Source: Kiritimatiellia bacterium
GTDB taxonomy: Bacteria; Verrucomicrobiota; Kiritimatiellia; RFP12; UBA1067
Assembly: GCA_045656285.1 (NCBI GenBank)
Contig: JAZOQY010000036.1
Location: 1,027-65,026 of the forward strand
Direction: 5' to 3'
DNA: 64,000 bases
Shown piece after piece: positions 58,628 to 64,000 of this stretch. Within the stretch, counting starts at the first letter, position 1. Every line of letters begins with the position of its first letter. The notes beneath the pieces were generated by a model. The model was not told the DNA's origin. It ran no database searches and saw nothing but the letters and a program-made list of their open reading frames with translations. The translations under genes were made by a program, and so were the position numbers.

Positions 58628-59122
58628 CTAACCGCAACACTTTTTGTACTTTTTGCCGCTGCCGCAAGGACAGGGATCGTTGCGGCCTACCTTCGGGGCT
58701 TCACGGGTGAGAGGAGTTTCGCCGACAAGTTCTCCGTCGTCGAACTTCCATCCGTCGGCCTCTTTCACGAATTTTGACACTTCATGATGATTGCAAAATT
58801 CGTTGTTGGCGGTATAGGTCGCGCGAAATTCGACGATCCCTTCGGTATCGTCCTTGCCGCCTTTTTCAGTGGCGATGATTTCGAGACCGTGCCAGTGCGC
58901 GGCGCGACTCCAGGCAATCGAGGCCTTTTCGTCAAATTCCGACTGGACGGCGGCCGTAGCGCTGGTTTTCAAGAATTCAATATGCTCTGTGACGTAAGCG
59001 CTGTAACGCGCTCTCATGAGCTCTTCGGCAGTATCTGCCTGGCGTGAACCTTCCAAAACGGGAGCGCAGCATTCGCCGTAGGGCTTGCCGGAACAACAAG
59101 GGCATTTATCTTCTTTTTTCAT
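58628..59122 (-). CDS. ychJ: YchJ family protein with SEC-C motifs
   Basis: [52 protein letters not shown]; start placed at ATG 59122. Confidence 0.92.
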   Translation of the reverse strand: MKKEDKCPCCSGKPYGECCAPVLEGSRQADTAEELMRARYSAYVTEHIEFLKTSATAAVQSEFDEKASIAWSRAAHWHGLEIIATEKGGKDDTEGIVEFRATYTANNEFCNHHEVSKFVKEADGWKFDDGELVGETPLTREAPKVGRNDPCPCGSGKKYKKCCG

Positions 59123-59129
59123 AGACAGT

Positions 59130-59158
59130 AGTTTATCAAATAGAGGGGTTGTTATCAA
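59130..59158 (-). promoter_or_regulatory. sigma70 promoter, probably leaderless ychJ transcript
   Basis: Minus strand TTGATA-17 bp-TAAACT (extended TG), then 7 nt to ATG; no SD. Confidence 0.65.
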
Positions 59159-60729
59159 TCCAGCGGAGCGTCATGTTCGGCCGAAGGCTCGCGCGAGTGG
59201 AACTTGGTGACGCCGGGTTTGATGTACTTCACGACGCGGTGTGTTCCGTCGGCGGAGAAGACGCGCAGACGGAGAGGACGGTCGGTTTCGACCGTGACGC
59301 TGAAGAAGCGCTTGTCCGGAACGAAGGCCGAAAGCGAAACCTTGCCGCCGTTGAACGGAATATCCTTCATCCCCTGGTTTCCGGTTTCGGAAATTCTCCA
59401 GTCGATCCTGTTTTCGAGAGCGTTGATGTCAAGACCGATGATGTCCTCGACGAAAAGGATGATAGGTCCGAGACCGCCCCAGCCGACAAAGTTCTTGCGC
59501 ACCTGCTTGCCGAGCTTGTCGCGCGCGGGCTCGGCGAACTCAGGCGCGTAGCACTCCCAGATCGTGCCGATCTCTTCGTCGGTCGCCGAAGCGAACGAGA
59601 ACGTCTTGCTCTTGGCCTTCGTCCTGTATTTGTAAAGGACATCGCACATCTGATCGAGGTGCTTGCGCGCAATATCGCGGGAAAGGTCGCCGTAGCCGTT
59701 CTCGCGCAAACCGCGGCACGTCATGTAGACGATGGGCGGCCAGACGCCACCGAGCCAGTAGCCGCCGTAGGGATCGTAGTTGGGATCGTCCTTCGAAAGC
59801 GAAGGAACGGGATACTTGGAGCCGAAGGTGTTCTCGTTTGTCAGGTGGGCGGCGAGCTTTGCGGCGCGCTCCGGAGTGGCAACGCCCGAAACGAGCGCCC
59901 AGAACGCGGCGGCAGTCTTGACGGCGAGCTTGTTGTTGGTGTTGATGTAAAGGTCGTGATAGAACCCGGTCTTCTCGCACCACATGAGATCGTTGATCTT
60001 CTCGGCGAGATGATCGGCTTCGTGATTCCAGGTCTTGGCCTCTTCGGGCTTGCCGACGTAAGGAGCCATCTTCGCGAGGCAGCGCGCCGCGAGAACCTGC
60101 TGGCAGCAAAGATCGACAAAGCATACGTCGCTGCCCTTCTGGTGTTCGGCGAAGTAGCCGCTGCGCGGAGAGTTGTCCATGCCGGAAGAGCCGGTATCTT
60201 CGAAGTAGTAAAGACCGTTGTTCTTGCGCGTCCTGTTGGCCTTGAGCCAGCGGTAGTACTTGGAGCACGCCTCGTAAGCCTTGGGAAGACGAGTCAGATC
60301 GCCCGTGCGCTCTGCGTAGAGCCACTCGCACCATGCGTAAAGCGGAGGATTGATGCGACCAGCCCAGGTCGGCTTGCGCGTCTCGTACGTATAGGCCATC
60401 GAGATGTAACCGTCTTCACCCTGCATCGCATAAAGGTTGTCGAGGTTTCCGAGGCCGTTGTAATTGCCGGGGGTATAGCCGCCGTAGAGAGCCATGTAGC
60501 AGCTGTCCCACTGCCAGATTATGCCGACGCCCGGCATGCACGTCATCTGGGTCTTCCAGCCGTCGAGCTTCTCCATATTTTTCTTCGCGAGCGAAATGGC
60601 CTTGTCGTTGAGACGCTGCCAATCGGGACGCCCTTCAAGATATGCTCTGGTGTTCAATTCGGTGGAAGCACATGCGCATAAGGCGGTTGCAACAAACGCG
60701 TAAACGGCAACTGTTATTTTTTTATTCAT
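59155..60729 (-). CDS. (alpha/alpha)6 glycoside hydrolase, GH63/MGH1/trehalase-like, probable lipoprotein
   Basis: [44 protein letters not shown]; GGAG SD before ATG 60729. Confidence 0.85.
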   Translation of the reverse strand: MNKKITVAVYAFVATALCACASTELNTRAYLEGRPDWQRLNDKAISLAKKNMEKLDGWKTQMTCMPGVGIIWQWDSCYMALYGGYTPGNYNGLGNLDNLYAMQGEDGYISMAYTYETRKPTWAGRINPPLYAWCEWLYAERTGDLTRLPKAYEACSKYYRWLKANRTRKNNGLYYFEDTGSSGMDNSPRSGYFAEHQKGSDVCFVDLCCQQVLAARCLAKMAPYVGKPEEAKTWNHEADHLAEKINDLMWCEKTGFYHDLYINTNNKLAVKTAAAFWALVSGVATPERAAKLAAHLTNENTFGSKYPVPSLSKDDPNYDPYGGYWLGGVWPPIVYMTCRGLRENGYGDLSRDIARKHLDQMCDVLYKYRTKAKSKTFSFASATDEEIGTIWECYAPEFAEPARDKLGKQVRKNFVGWGGLGPIILFVEDIIGLDINALENRIDWRISETGNQGMKDIPFNGGKVSLSAFVPDKRFFSVTVETDRPLRLRVFSADGTHRVVKYIKPGVTKFHSREPSAEHDAPLD

Positions 60730-60816
60730 GATTTCTCCTGGATTTTGCATTGACGACGTACCAATGATAACGGCATTGCTACACCATTCTTCATCTATCG
60801 CTCAAACAATTCAATT

Positions 60817-60825
60817 ATTATATCA
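60817..60825 (-). promoter_or_regulatory. Extended -10 promoter element
   Basis: TGATATAAT on the minus strand upstream of the GH63-like gene. Confidence 0.55.
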
Positions 60826-60864
60826 AATACACCTCTCAAAATACATCCCGAAAATGATTTGAAT

Positions 60865-61008
60865 GGATGCGGTTCTAAATCGTTGAAAGGTTTTGCGGCT
60901 TTGACAGTGTGGTTCGTCCGTCGAATGCGTCGACGCGTTCGCAAAGACGAGCTCCTTGGCTGAAGTTTTGCAACTGTCTTTTTTTTTCAACGAAATAAAA
61001 TCGCACCC
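60865..61008 (-). repeat. MITE-like palindromic dispersed repeat, copy B
   Basis: The reverse complement matches 25880-26027; same terminal inverted repeats; begins TA-GGGTGCG. Confidence 0.8.
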
Positions 61009-61289
61009 TACGGCGTGCCTGCAGCCGTCGCCGCGGCGGGAGAATAGCTCGTCCGGGCTTCCTTTTCGACCAGTGACCTGAATTCCTCAAACCCCTTTCC
61101 CGTTCAAGCCGACGCCACCGTTGGCAACCATTGAAAAGAACTTGATCATATCCATTGGACTGCCGAAGAGACCGCCTCCCGCCTCGGGATATCGGCTGTG
61201 AAGAGAATACGGATGCTGAAACTGATTGAAGATGCGGCAGCGGCAAATTGCGCCACCGTCACCAAAGCCGCCAATATCACTGATTTCAC
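61008..61289 (-). pseudogene. Remnant of an exported serine hydrolase/beta-lactamase-family gene
   Basis: Signal peptide (MKSVILAALVTVAQFAAAA), then out of frame YPEAGGGLFGSPMDMIKFFSMVANGG (PF00144-like motif), then out of frame a short C-terminal helix ending in TAG; most of the domain is missing. Confidence 0.65.
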
Positions 61290-62174
61290 TTCTTCTCCTG
61301 TCTCTTGGAGGGCATGCCCTTGCTGTTGATGAAAGTCTGACGCCCGAACAGCTCGGGGCCAAAGCGATTCCCTTTGAGATCGCAATCGACGAATGTCATC
61401 GTGCAGTTGTTCGAACCGATGAACGAGCCCGGGAAGGACGTCCTGACAAAAAGCATTTCACCGAGATAGGCGCTGAAACGGCTGCCCTTGAAAACACAAT
61501 TCAAAAGTCTCGCCGCGAATCGCAATATCCCATCCGCGATAGGCGGACTGCGCGCCGAACACGAGATTCTTGACGCGATTGCCTTCAAGCCTCACATAAC
61601 CGGTCTTCAGGCGGCTGTCGCCCCCACATTGAGCGTCACGCAATCGTTGCTTGCAATATAGCTGGAATAGGTGCGCGGCCAAAGATGGATCGAAGCGCGA
61701 TTGCCGACGAACTGGAAGTTCATTCCCGCACACATCAATATCTCATTGTTCGGGTTGTCGTGAAAATAGTTGTCGAGCAGCAGGACGTCGAACGCCCAAA
61801 TCGAATTCGCCGTCTCCGGATGGCATATCTGTCTTGGTCAAACGGCGAAAGTTCTTTCGGTCGGTCGTCAATTTAAGTTCGACATCGAAGCGCCGCGAAG
61901 TGTCGCCAAATCTGACAAGCGAGTGATCGAAGTCGGTTGCATACCAGCGAATCTTCGCATTCTCGCCGCTGATGAGCGTCGGCTTGACATAATAAACCGA
62001 AATGTACGGATACTTGAGCGAAGCGGGCGTTTCAGTTTCCCCCGCGGCAAGCTCCTTCCAATTGGCAGACGGATCAGTCAAACAACCCGGCAGCATCGGA
62101 GCGGCGACAACAGCGCGAAAAGCACCGACGAAGCACGCGGCAACGGCGGCAAACAACGGGAATACTTTTCTCAT
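61286..62174 (-). pseudogene. Frameshifted, internally deleted exported protein (beta-helix-like C-terminal part)
   Basis: Protein-like text continues across several frame switches: MRKVFPLF...GEFDLG / FDVLLLDNYFHDNPNNEILMCAG... / GDSRLKTGYVRLEGNRV... / NCVFKGSRF...FVDCDL... Confidence 0.65.
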
Positions 62175-62183
62175 CTGCCTGAT

Positions 62184-63641
62184 TTAGCGGACAATCACAG
62201 AAAAACCAGGCTTCCGATCAGGAACATACACATACTCAACAGCCTCAATTTCAGCATAATACTGTGCCACATTGTTGGGCTTACCAAACGTAATACGAAG
62301 TGCAGTCGCATTGCGAACAACAAATCCATTTTCAAAATCATGCAAAGACGCAAAAAGTGCAGTTCCCGACGTTCCGCTTCCGGCATAGTCCAACTCCTCA
62401 ACATCGAGATCAATCCAATAATCGAAATCAGCGGTCTTGATTTCTATTTTAGAAATCTTGATATCGTCATACATGCCATAACTAGCGGTAAAGCATGTAG
62501 TAAAACGAATTGACTTGAGTGATTTAGGTTTATCAAATGACCATGCAACTGTCGCCCCTTCATAAAATCCGCACGTCTGCTTTGTCTCTCCAGAAACCTC
62601 TGCATTAGTAAGAAGATCTACACCTCCGCCATACCCAGAAATCGTACCGGTTGTCGTTCCTACCATACCCGAAAGAACATTGTTTTCAATCGGCACAAAG
62701 TCATCAGGAACACCCTCACTCGTTATCCACATTGTCGTCCGAGCATCTGCAGCCAATGTCATAAACTGACCGCTTTTTACGGTGTCTTTAACCGTTGGTG
62801 CATCATTGGAGATTGTAATCAGATAGGAATATGTCGTCCCAGTCTCAAGTCCTTCAAGACAATATTCGAAAGTATCTGTCACACGTTTGGCAATCCTGAC
62901 AGGAGTTGCGCCATTAATCGAAAGATAAACATTACACATTGTTGCGTCTGTGCCAGCATCGGCGATCGAGCCGGAAAAAATCGCCTTTGTCTTTGCAGGA
63001 GTAACATCAACGGATCCGATAGTGGGGCCTACCGCCCCTGCGCGACCAACCGCCTCGATTTCACCGCAATAATTCGCCAGTCCACTTATTGGCGAGTCAA
63101 ATATCACCTTCAGCGCACCGACACCCTCTGCCAACGGGCCTCCGTTTTCATTGGAAAGAACAAGCCACTGGATTGCATTTTGCCCATTGTCTGCATACTC
63201 GCCTGTTGCTGCATTGAAAGGCATCCAGGTCGAACTGCCAAAAGTTTGCATTTCAACAGACTTAACACGCAAGCCTGAGTAATTATTATATAAAACCGGA
63301 TAGCCACAGGATATTCTCACCTGCTCAAGCGTCTTTGGGGCTGCAAAAGTCCAAACGACAGATGCGTTTCCCTTAAAACCAACTTCTTTTGGATGTACTT
63401 CATCTGCCGTTCCGACCTGAGGCACATCACCATCCGTCAGCAACATAGGATCATTCGTCGAATAACCGATCTCTATATTCCCGCTGATTGTGCCTTTTGC
63501 TCCGTCAAGTAGGTTATCGGGAAGCGCCGTCCACTCGCTTGGAGCGCAAGAGCCTGTCGTCCACACCAATTCAGCATGAACATTTGAGGCGAAAAAGCCC
63601 ATAAGCATGAGCATCAAAGAAGGTACGGTAATCTTGTTCAT
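62184..63641 (-). CDS. Secreted protein with two homologous discoidin/galactose-binding-like domains flanking an FN3-like domain
   Basis: Signal peptide; internal repeat (W.F..PK.L...R; AL...F..P......EIEAV, twice); GLETGTTYSY FN3 motif; C-terminus KPGFSVIVR. Confidence 0.7.
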   Translation of the reverse strand: MNKITVPSLMLMLMGFFASNVHAELVWTTGSCAPSEWTALPDNLLDGAKGTISGNIEIGYSTNDPMLLTDGDVPQVGTADEVHPKEVGFKGNASVVWTFAAPKTLEQVRISCGYPVLYNNYSGLRVKSVEMQTFGSSTWMPFNAATGEYADNGQNAIQWLVLSNENGGPLAEGVGALKVIFDSPISGLANYCGEIEAVGRAGAVGPTIGSVDVTPAKTKAIFSGSIADAGTDATMCNVYLSINGATPVRIAKRVTDTFEYCLEGLETGTTYSYLITISNDAPTVKDTVKSGQFMTLAADARTTMWITSEGVPDDFVPIENNVLSGMVGTTTGTISGYGGGVDLLTNAEVSGETKQTCGFYEGATVAWSFDKPKSLKSIRFTTCFTASYGMYDDIKISKIEIKTADFDYWIDLDVEELDYAGSGTSGTALFASLHDFENGFVVRNATALRITFGKPNNVAQYYAEIEAVEYVYVPDRKPGFSVIVR

Positions 63642-63692
63642 AATGATATTTTCAGTTTTTCGTTTTCAAACAATCGACTTGTCTATGCTAAT

Positions 63693-63735
63693 ATTATACC
63701 ATTATAAACCACGAAACACACAAAAATGATATAAT
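63693..63735. promoter_or_regulatory. Back-to-back divergent extended -10 promoters
   Basis: TGGTATAAT on minus (63693-63701) and TGATATAAT on plus (63727-63735). Confidence 0.55.
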
Positions 63736-63745
63736 TAATTTATCC

Positions 63746-64000
63746 ATGGAACAGCAGGAGTCAAAAACAGGTCTTATCCTTGAAGGCGGTGCGATGCGCG
63801 GGCTTTTTACGGCCGGCGTTCTTGATGTATTCATGGAACGCGGCATCAAATTTGACGGACTCATCGGCGTCTCCGCCGGAGCCTGCTTCGGATGCAACTA
63901 CAAAAGCCGCCAAATAGGGCGCGTCATCCGCTACAACAAACGCTTCGCCCGCGATCCGCGCTACTGTTCGTGGAAATCGCTTTTTACGACGGGCGATCTT
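63746..64000 (+). CDS. Patatin-like phospholipase family protein (partial, runs off the window)
   Basis: Hand translation MEQQESKTGLILEGGAMRGLFTAGVLD...GVSAGA, with the oxyanion GGxxR and GxSxG motifs. Confidence 0.9.
   Translation, partial: MEQQESKTGLILEGGAMRGLFTAGVLDVFMERGIKFDGLIGVSAGACFGCNYKSRQIGRVIRYNKRFARDPRYCSWKSLFTTGDL

Overview
A bacterial chromosomal segment, probably from a PVC-superphylum anaerobe such as Kiritimatiellae. The taxonomy is inferred from gene content and C-terminal motifs only. The first 17 kb is the 5'-truncated end of a giant (>5700 aa) modular surface protein with seven glycine-rich domains, two PtpB-type phosphatase domains, two SGNH hydrolase domains, Ig-like spacers and beta-helix-like segments. 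A run of exported deacetylase, phosphoesterase and glycan enzymes follows, then tRNA-Val(TAC) and a GH2-glf-Gfo/Idh/MocA cluster. Next come an fhs-cpaB-FHA/cpaF-tadB-DUF2723 operon and housekeeping genes (ilvE, recJ, RluA-family, aminotransferase, rarA). On the minus strand lie an amino-sugar salvage cluster with an unannotated rubredoxin, GH29, an orphan ParA, HAD, YchJ, a GH63-like hydrolase, a collapsed two-gene pseudo-operon and a secreted repeat protein. The window ends in a partial patatin gene. Non-coding highlights are two inverted copies of a ~145-bp MITE-like palindromic element, many extended -10 (TGnTATAAT) promoters including two apparently leaderless genes, and two bidirectional terminators. 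I saw no CRISPR array, integrase, transposase or rRNA. All family calls come from motif recognition by eye, not from database searches.
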